From Promethearchaeota archaeon (GTDB lineage: Archaea > Asgardarchaeota > Lokiarchaeia > Sigyniarchaeales > SOKP01), in NCBI GenBank assembly GCA_016930515.1, contig JAFGGO010000108.1, positions 1 through 64,000 of the forward strand: a stretch of 64,000 nucleotides of DNA, written 5' to 3'. Shown here piece after piece: positions 10,302-19,250 of the stretch. The notes under the pieces are model-generated. The model did no database searches, was not told the origin of the DNA, and saw only the letters and a list, made by a program, of their open reading frames with translations. Numbering within the stretch: position 1 is the first letter of the stretch; every line of letters begins with the position of its first letter. A program made the position numbers and the translations under genes.

Positions 10302-10832
10302 ATGTACATGGCGATAAAAAAAGGAGATATAATCATGGTTCATTATGTTGGAACCTTTGACGATGGATCGGTGTTCGACAGTTCTGAAACACTCGGACGA
10401 CCCTTCAAGTTCGAAGTAGGTGCAGGACACATAATTAAAGGTTTCGACGATTCGGTCCTTGGCAAGGAAGTAGGCGACGAATACTCGATCAGGTTAAAAC
10501 CAAGCGAAGCTTATGGGGAATATCAAAAAGACTTGTTGGGTAAAGTACCAATTAGCAAATTTCCTAAAGACGCAGAGTTAGAACCAGGTATGATGCTACA
10601 AATTATAGATCAACATGGTAACGGTCATTTTGCCACCATAACGGAAGTCACGGAATTAGATGTGAGTTACGATATGAACCACCCAATGGCTGGTAAAACC
10701 CTAAACTTTCAAATTAATATCTTGGAGACTGGATGCGAACCCGACTTTTTCAGCTCTGGTTTCGAAAATGAAAGCCACGACCATTCTGATTGTGGAGATG
10801 GGTGTTGCGACGATTGTGGGCACAATCATTAA
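10302..10832 (+). CDS. slyD: FKBP-type peptidyl-prolyl isomerase, SlyD-like, with His/Cys metal-binding tail
   Basis: VHYVGTFDDGSVFDSS, P.EAYG, DMNHPMAGKTLNF; tail HDHSDCGDGCCDDCGHNH. Confidence 0.93.
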   Translation: MYMAIKKGDIIMVHYVGTFDDGSVFDSSETLGRPFKFEVGAGHIIKGFDDSVLGKEVGDEYSIRLKPSEAYGEYQKDLLGKVPISKFPKDAELEPGMMLQIIDQHGNGHFATITEVTELDVSYDMNHPMAGKTLNFQINILETGCEPDFFSSGFENESHDHSDCGDGCCDDCGHNH

Positions 10833-10923
10833 TTATTTTTTATTTATACTTTTTATTGCTCTCATTATTAAAATTAATTTACAAATGAAATTTCTAAATC
10901 TCAATTAGATATAACAAATCAAA

Positions 10924-11252
10924 GGGGTCGAACCTATTATTACTTATAAAATTCTATCCATTACACATGAAAATAGGAGATGCGTGTCGATTATTGCAGG
11001 TAACAAAAGTTTCCCTTTATAAATATCAGAAAGAAGGGAAGATCTCGGGACACGAGCTTCCTAATGGTTATTGGAATTGGGATGATGAATTGATATATTC
11101 CTATTTTAATAAAAGTGTTAGTTCCCACAGCCTTCACTGGCAATGGAATAGCGGCGATGGTGTTATCTCCCCGAATTATTAAAATTTGCTGATATTTCCC
11201 GATTTTATACGATTCTTAATAGAACTTTATAAGTTAAACGGGTTCTAATAAC
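10924..11252 (+). mobile_element. internally deleted IS607-like element (tnpA N-terminus joined to tnpB C-terminus); ends approximate
   Basis: 10967-~11118 encodes a MerR-like HTH typical of IS607 TnpA (MKIGDACRLLQVT..SLYKY.KEGKI....LPNGYWNWDDE.IY); the +1 frame at 11121-11192 reads VPTAFTGNGIAAMVLSPRIIKIC*, like a TnpB C-terminus; TTATA-containing repeats near both ends. Confidence 0.7.
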
Positions 11253-11281
11253 ATTATAAGAAATAGGAAAAAAATTAAGTA

Positions 11282-11305
11282 TTAATTGTCAAATTTGACA
11301 ACTAA
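11282..11305 (-). terminator. hairpin in the histone 3' region followed by a T-tract
   Basis: Perfect 16-bp palindrome TTGTCAAATTTGACAA at 11286-11301, extendable with a G.U pair; on the minus strand a T-run follows. Confidence 0.55.
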
Positions 11306-11315
11306 GTAATGTTGT

Positions 11316-11534
11316 TTATTTGTACTTGATCGCCAAGAGAAGGTCGTTCTTCGTGATCTTCTTTCTGTTTGCGTGCATGGTGAACGCTCGAGCTTGTTCG
11401 GTAAGTCCAGTTGCAGTTTTCTCCAAGTGATCAATTAACAAGTCAACTGCGTTTCGGGCCACGATAGAAGCTCCTTGTTGTTTCATGAGTCGTCTGATTG
11501 GCGACCACGCAAAACTGTGTTTCTTTTTTGCCAT
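11316..11534 (-). CDS. archaeal histone (HMf-like fold) with a short basic N-terminal extension
   Basis: PIRRLMKQQGA.IVA..AV...HANRKKITKNDLLLAI; GGAGG SD; 72 aa. Confidence 0.95.
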   Translation of the reverse strand: MAKKKHSFAWSPIRRLMKQQGASIVARNAVDLLIDHLEKTATGLTEQARAFTMHANRKKITKNDLLLAIKYK

Positions 11535-12013
11535 AATTCATTCCTCCAATTTTTTTTTTAAAACGTTAGTTTTTAATTTATTTTTAATTTATTTTTTATA
11601 GTTCTTAGTTAATAATATATGGGAAGAGATATTTAAATGTTTTGTAGGGTTACGGTAAAATTTCGGAACTTTAACGAAAAAATTACGACAATATTTTTTT
11701 GAACATCATTAAAGGGCAATTTTTCTGCCAACATTCCATTGGTGATCACCAAAAAAAGCATGCATAATTTATTTTTAACATGGGTCGATCCACGCTCGAA
11801 CAAGGTTATATCGCCATTAGACACTTTTTTCTTAGAATAGTTAGGACCGATAAAAAAAATAAGATCAAGAAAAATTGCATTACTATGAAATAAAAATGCG
11901 AATTTCGTGATCGTTCAAATCAAGTTATGATGGATATTGCATTTATGAATTATACATATCTTGGAGACTATTGTCTAGAATATAGTGCCTATAGAGATCA
12001 TAATAAAAGTTAG

Positions 12014-12163
12014 AAAATTAAAGATGTTTTCATCAATCATATATTAATATTAAAAGTCATAAACAATTCACAAGGACATATTTGGGTTGAAGATAGGATA
12101 AAAGGAGACCATTCAAGAGGAAGTAATTTCGTAATAATCCTTCCAGATAAATTAAATCACTAA
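12014..12163 (+). pseudogene. remnant of a sensor histidine kinase HATPase_c C-terminus
   Basis: Start-less frame KIKDVFINH...GHIWVEDRIKGDHSRGSNFVIILP*. Confidence 0.7.
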
Positions 12164-12437
12164 ATTACATTTATAAATTCAAAAATCAACCAGAGTATTT
12201 TTATACAACAAGAACAATTAGCTAAATAATATTCTAAAAATAATGGAAAGATTATATATTACGATAATGAGGATCATGTAAACCTTAGAGAAACATTAAA
12301 AAAATATGACTATGAAATAAACCCTAGAATGGAGAAAATTGTCCTTGAAATAGAAAAAATCGATAAGATGCTCATTGATTCGTCTTTAACACCTCTGGAA
12401 AAAAGATATTTCTCGAAAAAAAAAAAACAACATTAGG
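12164..12437 (+). pseudogene. decayed hypothetical ORF with an internal TAA
   Basis: Coding-like frame ...QQEQLAK*YSKNNGKIIYYDNEDHVNLRETLKKYDYEINPRMEKIV...; no start codon. Confidence 0.35.
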
Positions 12438-12453
12438 GAGCATCATAAAAAGT

Positions 12454-13260
12454 ATGATAAAAGATAAAAATAAGCTTGAAATCTATAAAAGGCAATCATG
12501 TGCTCAAATTCCATTGAAAAAAGAATTTTTTTTATTAGACGGATCAGAGAAAAAATCAAAAGACGAGCTATATGAATTAATTGCATACGAAAGTAAAAAT
12601 AAGGAAGAAATAACCATCTTTTGTCCTGGTAAGGGAACGCTCGAGGATCCGCTAATAATTACACTGCCTAAGGATTTTCCTTGCAACAACATCGAATTCC
12701 GATTCGTGCCAGAATTTGTTGTTTTCAAGAACTCAGACTTCAATTCTGGAGAATGTATCATAATAATGTGCGATAATTTCACGATTATAAATTGCCAATT
12801 TTTTAAATTAAGCTTGAATCTATGTAAGGATGGACTCAATCTTGACAATGTAAAAGTGAATAACTTAATGAATATAGATGACACATTTAATTGTTTTTTA
12901 AAAGACTGTGATATAAATGGTTTGGTTCTAAAACATTCTTTTAGAAATCGATTACTTAATTGTACTATTGGAACAGTTAAAAAAAATGTTAACAACAGGG
13001 AAAATGTGTTTGAAGGGTTGAAAACAAGCGAAGAAGAGGCACAAAAAATATTGAAAACACAATATTACCCTAATTATCTAAAAATTACATGTTGGCCTAT
13101 TATTGCATTTATATTTTTCATATTTCTGTACAATGCGGGGGTAACTATTTTCATAATACCTATAGGAATTGTTTTGGTAATGCTTTTTGTATTAATTTTA
13201 GATTTCCACACATTTAAGAAATCTAATAGCGAATATTCAGGAAATAAAATTCGAATATGA
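12454..13260 (+). CDS. membrane-anchored protein with beta-helix-like repeats and two C-terminal TM segments
   Basis: GKGTLEDPLII (G.GT..DP..I motif); repeats such as CDNFTIINCQF and NCFLKDCDI; hydrophobic C-terminus. Confidence 0.65.
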   Translation: MIKDKNKLEIYKRQSCAQIPLKKEFFLLDGSEKKSKDELYELIAYESKNKEEITIFCPGKGTLEDPLIITLPKDFPCNNIEFRFVPEFVVFKNSDFNSGECIIIMCDNFTIINCQFFKLSLNLCKDGLNLDNVKVNNLMNIDDTFNCFLKDCDINGLVLKHSFRNRLLNCTIGTVKKNVNNRENVFEGLKTSEEEAQKILKTQYYPNYLKITCWPIIAFIFFIFLYNAGVTIFIIPIGIVLVMLFVLILDFHTFKKSNSEYSGNKIRI

Positions 13261-13450
13261 TTGTGTTTTATTAAAATTCGATTTCTCAATTTTTTATTAA
13301 TTAATTTCAAGAATAGCATAAAATTGATAGATTAAAGAATTAATATCACCAATTTTATAATTTTTAAAAGGAAAATTTTAATTAATTCTCGTGTATTATA
13401 AAACTAAAGTTATAAAGAAAACGAAATACTAAAAATATAAGGTTCGAAAA

Positions 13451-14065
13451 ATGGGAGAAATAATGGTACCGGGCGCTGCGGGCGTGGCAATAAAGTGCAA
13501 GGATGGCGTGGTGCTGGCAAACGATAATCGCGCAACATGGGGATACACTGTTTCGAATAAAAACACGAAAAAAGTGTTTAAAATCACGGAAAACATAGGA
13601 ATGACCGCTTATGGATTAATTGGTGATTATCAAATGCTCGTGAAGATATTAAGAGCTCAAGCAAACTTGTACACGCTCGATGCGGGTGATAAAATAACCA
13701 CCAAAAGCATGGGAAAAATGGTTTCAAATTTTCTATATTCCAGAAAGATGTACCCTCTTTACACTAATCTCGTCATTGCAGGTGTAGACGATGATGGTCC
13801 AAAGTTGTACACCCTCGACGCGATAGGGTCCTTGATTCCGGATGATTACGGCACGACGGGCACGAGCATGCTATTGTCGATCGGTATTTTAGAAGCAGAA
13901 TACAAGCCCGACTTGACCGTGGCTCAAGGAGAAAAGCTTGTAGAAAAAACAGTTCGAAACTCAATTAAAAGGGATGCCATGTCTGGTAATGGAATCGACA
14001 TCCTCACGATCACGGCTTCGGGAGCCAAGGAAAAATTTATTGAAATTAAAGAACTTGGAGAGTAA
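13451..14065 (+). CDS. psmB: 20S proteasome beta subunit, non-catalytic type (Thr1 replaced by Ala)
   Basis: GVAIKCKDGVVLA.D.RAT.G, KKVFKI, LVIAGVD..GPKLYTLDAIGS, RDAMSGNGID; PGAAG where active subunits have GTTT. Confidence 0.93.
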   Translation: MGEIMVPGAAGVAIKCKDGVVLANDNRATWGYTVSNKNTKKVFKITENIGMTAYGLIGDYQMLVKILRAQANLYTLDAGDKITTKSMGKMVSNFLYSRKMYPLYTNLVIAGVDDDGPKLYTLDAIGSLIPDDYGTTGTSMLLSIGILEAEYKPDLTVAQGEKLVEKTVRNSIKRDAMSGNGIDILTITASGAKEKFIEIKELGE

Positions 14066-14156
14066 TCTCTTTTATTACCTTTATTCAATCCCAAAAGAAT
14101 TTATTTTATGTACTTTTACATTATTTAATTTCGTTAAAATATCCAGGTAATTAGAT

Positions 14157-16208
14157 TTGAATGTCTCTAACTATTTTTCATCCAACGAAAAGTGGCAGAT
14201 TAACAACTTTTCAAAAGATGAACTGCTCGGAGTTAAACAAAAACTTGTCGATCTGAAAGAAAAAAGCACGGATAAACAAGAAATTGACGAATTTGTCGAA
14301 CAAAGCTTATTCAATCAACAAATACTCGAAAGGTTCACGCGTTATCTCTCTTATGCTGATGAACTCACTCGTTATTTAAAACAAAAGAATTACAGGCTTC
14401 CTTTAACAGTTCTCACAGGTCAATTGAAGGATCAAATTGAACTCATATTAAAAAGTCTTTCCAATCTTATTCAAAACGCCCGAAATATAAAAAGATTCTT
14501 AAAAGACACCTCCTTTATAGATGAATTGCTAAAGCCAAGCCAAATCATGTCAGATAAATGTAAAGAAATGATCTTGGAACTCGATACTTTTAAAAACTAC
14601 GAAAATCCAATATCTTCTGATGATATTGAATTATGGATCGATATAAATAAGATAAAAGACAATAATATAACACTTCAAGGCATACCTGATACTTTAAAGG
14701 CTTGGGACGAAATTCTCGAAATTAAGAATTATTTTGAATCTCTCACCAATATAGACAATAAGAAGAAAAAAAAAGGTATTGTTCATTCAATACGATTTTC
14801 AGACCTTTTCGATTTTCTCGTAACTAAATCAAAAGAACAAAAAAAAATTTTTGCTAATTTCGTTTACTTGCTACGAGAACAGGATATAATTCGCGAGTTC
14901 GAAGATGAGTTTATAAATGTCCATTTAAAAAAGGAAATTACTAAAGCTCTGAAGGATTTAATCGTTCCCATTTTTTCCAAAGTTGTTAAGGAAAAACTAA
15001 ATGTTATCGTGGAAGAAACAATGGATGTCGACAAGCTTGCACCTCTTGGTGAAGATCAACAACATTTAGATGCAAGAGAATTACTAGAACAAAAATTAAG
15101 TGCTTTCCTCCCCCACCTTGCTTCATATTATTGTACTGGGCTTGAAAAAAAATATCAAGATATTATTAACGAAGTTGACGATTTAAATGAATTTAACAAC
15201 ATAATCGAGAATTACTCCTCTAAGATCGATATTTTCATTTCTATTATCAATTCAATTGAAGGAAAAGTCAAAATATTAGAATATTTACTCGAACCATACA
15301 AAAAAATAACGGAATCACTACGGAAAATTCTAACAAACTTGATTTCTGAGTTAGAAAGGAGGAAAAGCGAATACGAATATTATTTGAAAACCATAAAAAA
15401 GGAACGGTTAAGGGACAACATTAACTCTTTTGTTTCTGACCAAATTAAAAAACTCAACGAATATATTAGCGAATACGAGGACCAAACATCACTATTGATT
15501 CGAGAAGAATTTCCCCAAATAAAAAAAATGAGAAAAATCCTTGGTAATTGCAAAGAAAACATCCAGGAACTCAAAGCCGAGATTCACGCAAAATTAGATT
15601 CAGTAAAAAATAAAGACCTCGATATTCACCAAATAATTAAGCGATGGGAAGACAATTATAACAAGAAGAAAAATCAATTAAATTTCCTTTTATCGCTTAT
15701 GTTTACAAAAATATTTAAAAATTTCAAAGAAATCATCGAAGAGGAAGAATCCTTTTTTGATAATATCGCAGATATCACTAATCAAGACAATTCTCTTGAT
15801 GATTTGCCGCTTAATTTTACTTTATCGAGCGTTGTTGCGGATAAGATGACTGACGAAGAATTAAAAGACCGGTTAACTGAATTAAAAGCACGAATTAGCA
15901 AGAACGAAAAGACCATTGAACTTTATCAGAAAGAAATGTCAAAAATGGAAGATATCTTAGAAACTCGCGTGAAGTTGAGAGAAGGTATCACGGACTCAAA
16001 TGTAAAATGCGCTGTATGCCATCAACTAATTAAGTTTGGAAAAGAAAACCTCATAAAATGTCCGTTCTGTGAGAGTGCCTACCACTATCTCTGCGTGGCC
16101 TCTTGGTTAGCAAAACACAATGCTTGCCCTACCTGCCAGAATGTATTTTTGGATCCAAATTCAAACTTCTTCGATGTGCAAGAAGAAGAAGAAAATAGCC
16201 ATATATAA
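14157..16208 (+). CDS. long coiled-coil protein with a C-terminal RING finger (putative E3 ligase)
   Basis: C-x2-C-x13-C-x2-C-x4-H-x2-C-(VASWL)-CPTC. Confidence 0.8.
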   Translation: MNVSNYFSSNEKWQINNFSKDELLGVKQKLVDLKEKSTDKQEIDEFVEQSLFNQQILERFTRYLSYADELTRYLKQKNYRLPLTVLTGQLKDQIELILKSLSNLIQNARNIKRFLKDTSFIDELLKPSQIMSDKCKEMILELDTFKNYENPISSDDIELWIDINKIKDNNITLQGIPDTLKAWDEILEIKNYFESLTNIDNKKKKKGIVHSIRFSDLFDFLVTKSKEQKKIFANFVYLLREQDIIREFEDEFINVHLKKEITKALKDLIVPIFSKVVKEKLNVIVEETMDVDKLAPLGEDQQHLDARELLEQKLSAFLPHLASYYCTGLEKKYQDIINEVDDLNEFNNIIENYSSKIDIFISIINSIEGKVKILEYLLEPYKKITESLRKILTNLISELERRKSEYEYYLKTIKKERLRDNINSFVSDQIKKLNEYISEYEDQTSLLIREEFPQIKKMRKILGNCKENIQELKAEIHAKLDSVKNKDLDIHQIIKRWEDNYNKKKNQLNFLLSLMFTKIFKNFKEIIEEEESFFDNIADITNQDNSLDDLPLNFTLSSVVADKMTDEELKDRLTELKARISKNEKTIELYQKEMSKMEDILETRVKLREGITDSNVKCAVCHQLIKFGKENLIKCPFCESAYHYLCVASWLAKHNACPTCQNVFLDPNSNFFDVQEEEENSHI

Positions 16209-16250
16209 ACCATAATATATAGCTGTTTTATTAATATTTATACATGAAAA

Positions 16251-16427
16251 TTAAAAAATTGGAAAATCTCTTCGTATTTGGATCTCTCTTTTGAAGTATT
16301 TAATTTGCTCGGCTATAAACTCACGTGGTTTATGTTCCATCTTATCTCCAAACTTATTCAAATGATCTTCTAAAATATTTGCTGCTTTTTCCAAACCATC
16401 GATTCTTTCTTCAATTTGTCTAAGCAT
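16251..16427 (-). CDS. small helical protein, 58 aa (not in the track)
   Basis: MLRQIEERIDGLEKAANILEDHLNKFGDKMEHKPREFIAEQIKYFKREIQIRRDFPIF*; SD GAGGTGAT just upstream; 11 nt after the 96-aa gene. Confidence 0.75.
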   Translation of the reverse strand: MLRQIEERIDGLEKAANILEDHLNKFGDKMEHKPREFIAEQIKYFKREIQIRRDFPIF

Positions 16428-16438
16428 TTTATCACCTC

Positions 16439-16729
16439 TTAAATTAGAGAAGATTCCTTCTTATTCCGTGTGTTTTCTTGAATCGAGACATGTTCTGAGA
16501 CTTCTCTTGCGCGAACCGTAAATGAAGCATCTAAATACATGGTAAGGGCGTGTATAGTTCCTTTTTCTCCCAAGTGGCAATATACATAAGGCATTGGCCA
16601 ACTCCTCACCGTACTTTTATCAATCTCGCTAAGATTAAGATCCTTACCGTAAATGTGTTTTTTACATTGTGGACATATGGTCAAGAGCCGGCTCAAGAGC
16701 GCTCTCGATTCGTATCTTTCATTTTCCAC
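16439..16729 (-). CDS. small putative Zn-binding hypothetical protein
   Basis: CPQC ... H-x6-H, YLDASF.VR; AGGTG SD; GTG start. Confidence 0.7.
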   Translation of the reverse strand: MENERYESRALLSRLLTICPQCKKHIYGKDLNLSEIDKSTVRSWPMPYVYCHLGEKGTIHALTMYLDASFTVRAREVSEHVSIQENTRNKKESSLI

Positions 16730-16954
16730 TATCTACACCTGAAATGTGAAATAAGTATGATCAAAAAAAAAAAAATATGGTTTAATTAATGGTGTGGTAT
16801 GCATATATTACAATTTGGGCTTTAATTCAACTAGAATTTTAAAATAATATGCCAAATTAAACACACTAAAGTACAGAAAAATTAAATTTCAATCGGTATT
16901 TATGGTAAATAGAACGAGTTTAAAAAAAAAAAGAAAAATTTATGTGAATTTACA

Positions 16955-18211
16955 ATGTCGATCAAAAACGAATTGAAAATAATAGGAGAATATGCTAAAA
17001 AAGCGGCTTTTGAATTAAAGAACACTCCTACATCAATTAAGGACAATGCTTTACTTCGGATGGCCGATCTTCTAGAAGATAAAGCGAAATTAATTATTGA
17101 AGCAAACAAAATAGATCTTCAAAATGCCCGTAATAACGGTCTCGAACAAGCTAAAGTCGATAGACTTGTCTTGAACACTGATAAAATCCATAAGATAGCG
17201 GAAGGTTTGAGAGAAGTATCTGCTCTCCCTGATCCAATCAACGAAGTAATCTCGATGTGGAGAAGACCAAATGGATTGGATATTGGACTTATACGAGTTC
17301 CATTGGGCGTCATCGGTATTATTTACGAATCAAGACCGAATGTGACTGCCGAAAGTACTAGCTTGGCTTTAAAAGCAGGGAATGCCATCGTTTTAAGAGG
17401 TGGTAGCGAAGCTATTAATTCAAATATCGCTATTGCAGATATACTCCACGAGGCTGCAACACTAGAAGGCTTGCCCGAACATTGCATTCAAATTGTCCGC
17501 AAGACTGATAGGGCTTATGTAGGCGAAATGCTTCGCTTAAAAGATTATATCGATGTCATTATTCCAAGAGGTGGTGCTTCACTGATACAAAGGGTCGTGC
17601 AACACTCTTTAGTTCCAACAATAGAAACGGGGATAGGTATCGTGAGTTTGTTTGTAAATAAGGATGCAGATTTAGATATAGCAGAAAAAATCGTTATAAA
17701 TTCTAAATGCTCGTATCCCGCAGTTTGCAACGCTTTAGATAAACTCTTATTGCATGAGGATTTAAAGGAATCTTTCGTGGAAAGAATCGTCAAATCTTTA
17801 AGAAATAACGGCGTAGAGGTTATGGGATGTGAACAAACTCAAAAAATTGTCGCCGATGTGATACCTGCAACGGAGGATGACTGGGGGGCAGAATATTTGT
17901 CGTTAAAAATTTGCATTCGGATCGTTAAGGATATTGACGAGGCCATACAAATAATAACCAAATACGATTCAAAACACACGGAATCTATCATTACTGAGAA
18001 TTACAAAGACGCAAGAAAATTCTTAGACCGGGTTGACGCCGCAGCCGTCTATGTAAATGCCGCAACCCGTCTAACTGATGGTGGTGTTTTTGGTTTAGGA
18101 GCAGAAATAGGCATCTCAACGCAAAAACTTCACGCAAGGGGTCCAATGGGAGTGAAGCAACTCACTTCTACAAAATACATAATCTACGGAAGCGGTCAAA
18201 TTCGAGAGTAA
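16955..18211 (+). CDS. proA: gamma-glutamyl phosphate reductase
   Basis: VPLGVIGIIYESRPNVT, LRGGSEA, IPRGG, VCNA, GAEIGISTQKLHARGPMG. Confidence 0.97.
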   Translation: MSIKNELKIIGEYAKKAAFELKNTPTSIKDNALLRMADLLEDKAKLIIEANKIDLQNARNNGLEQAKVDRLVLNTDKIHKIAEGLREVSALPDPINEVISMWRRPNGLDIGLIRVPLGVIGIIYESRPNVTAESTSLALKAGNAIVLRGGSEAINSNIAIADILHEAATLEGLPEHCIQIVRKTDRAYVGEMLRLKDYIDVIIPRGGASLIQRVVQHSLVPTIETGIGIVSLFVNKDADLDIAEKIVINSKCSYPAVCNALDKLLLHEDLKESFVERIVKSLRNNGVEVMGCEQTQKIVADVIPATEDDWGAEYLSLKICIRIVKDIDEAIQIITKYDSKHTESIITENYKDARKFLDRVDAAAVYVNAATRLTDGGVFGLGAEIGISTQKLHARGPMGVKQLTSTKYIIYGSGQIRE

Positions 18212-18232
18212 ATAGCACAAGGCTGTTTTTAA

Positions 18233-18889
18233 ATGTTAGAAATATTTCTTTTTTCTTTTTTAGTTGCCCTAACTGGTGCGTTATCGCCTGGCCCCGTAAT
18301 GACATTTACTGTTTATAAATCTCTACGAGAAAAAAAAGGGTATCTTTCGGGATTGTTCATAACATTGGGACACGCAAGCTTGGAATTTCTTCTCGTCATA
18401 CTATTGTTATTAGGTGCTCAAGTCTTTTTTCAAAACCAGATTGTATTGTTGATAATTGGAATCGTTGGAGGTACTGTATTGGTAATTTTTGGTATCATGA
18501 CAATTCAAGGTATTCGATCCAAGAATTACGAAATCGATTTTTTTCAAGAGCAAGAAGAATTAAAGGGATTTCGGGGTAATAGTTTTTTAGGAGGTATCGT
18601 GGTAAGCCTATCGAATCCTTTTTGGACATTTTGGTGGGCAGTAATTGGGTTGGGATTTATGATTAATTTTAACATTAGTTTTAGTAATCCTTTAGGTTTA
18701 TTGTTATTTTATCTCGGGCACGAGCTTGGAGATCTCGTCTTTTATGTACCATTATCTGCTTTTACTTATTTAGGTGGCAAGTCGCTCAACCCAAGGGTTT
18801 ACAAGTGGGTGCTCATCATCTGTGCAGGTTTTATGATTTTTTTTGGGGTATACATGGTGTTTAACATCGTATTTTTTCCCCCTTATTAG
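18233..18889 (+). CDS. LysE-family exporter
   Basis: ALSPGP, LGH...E, SLSNPFW..WW; ~6 TM. Confidence 0.88.
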   Translation: MLEIFLFSFLVALTGALSPGPVMTFTVYKSLREKKGYLSGLFITLGHASLEFLLVILLLLGAQVFFQNQIVLLIIGIVGGTVLVIFGIMTIQGIRSKNYEIDFFQEQEELKGFRGNSFLGGIVVSLSNPFWTFWWAVIGLGFMINFNISFSNPLGLLLFYLGHELGDLVFYVPLSAFTYLGGKSLNPRVYKWVLIICAGFMIFFGVYMVFNIVFFPPY

Positions 18890-18911
18890 AATTGTCTTAA
18901 TTTGAAGAAAG

Positions 18912-19208
18912 GTGTTATTGTTGCGATATTTAAATAAAATATTTCCTGGGGAGTATCTTAAGATAACAAGTACTATTTCGCCACATCTTAAGGTTGGAAA
19001 GATTTTGAAATATAAACAAGATGGTCATATCGTCTATAATTTGGATTCAAAACATTAATGCTGGCAAAAGGCCAAGGGAAAGTACGAACAGCAATATTAT
19101 TCAAATCTTTCAGAAAATTTAGCTAATATAAAGGAGCAGATGATTAAGAGCGAAGAGCTTCTCTTATCGATGCCCAGAATCCCAAGTGGACCTAATTATG
19201 GAGATTGA
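18912..19208 (+). pseudogene. decayed ORF, possibly an ArsR-like winged-helix remnant
   Basis: 99-codon frame from GTG with one internal TAA (19056-19058); TSTISPHLK...KQDGHIVYNL resembles ArsR helix/wing. Confidence 0.35.
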
Positions 19209-19250
19209 ACGAAAATAAAAAAGTTAGTTCAAGATATTTTTTAAAAATCT

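Noticed and set aside
10967-11182. 71-aa ORF as an intact MerR-like regulator
   Set aside because: Its C-terminal part is out-of-frame tnpB-like sequence; better explained as an IS607 deletion product.
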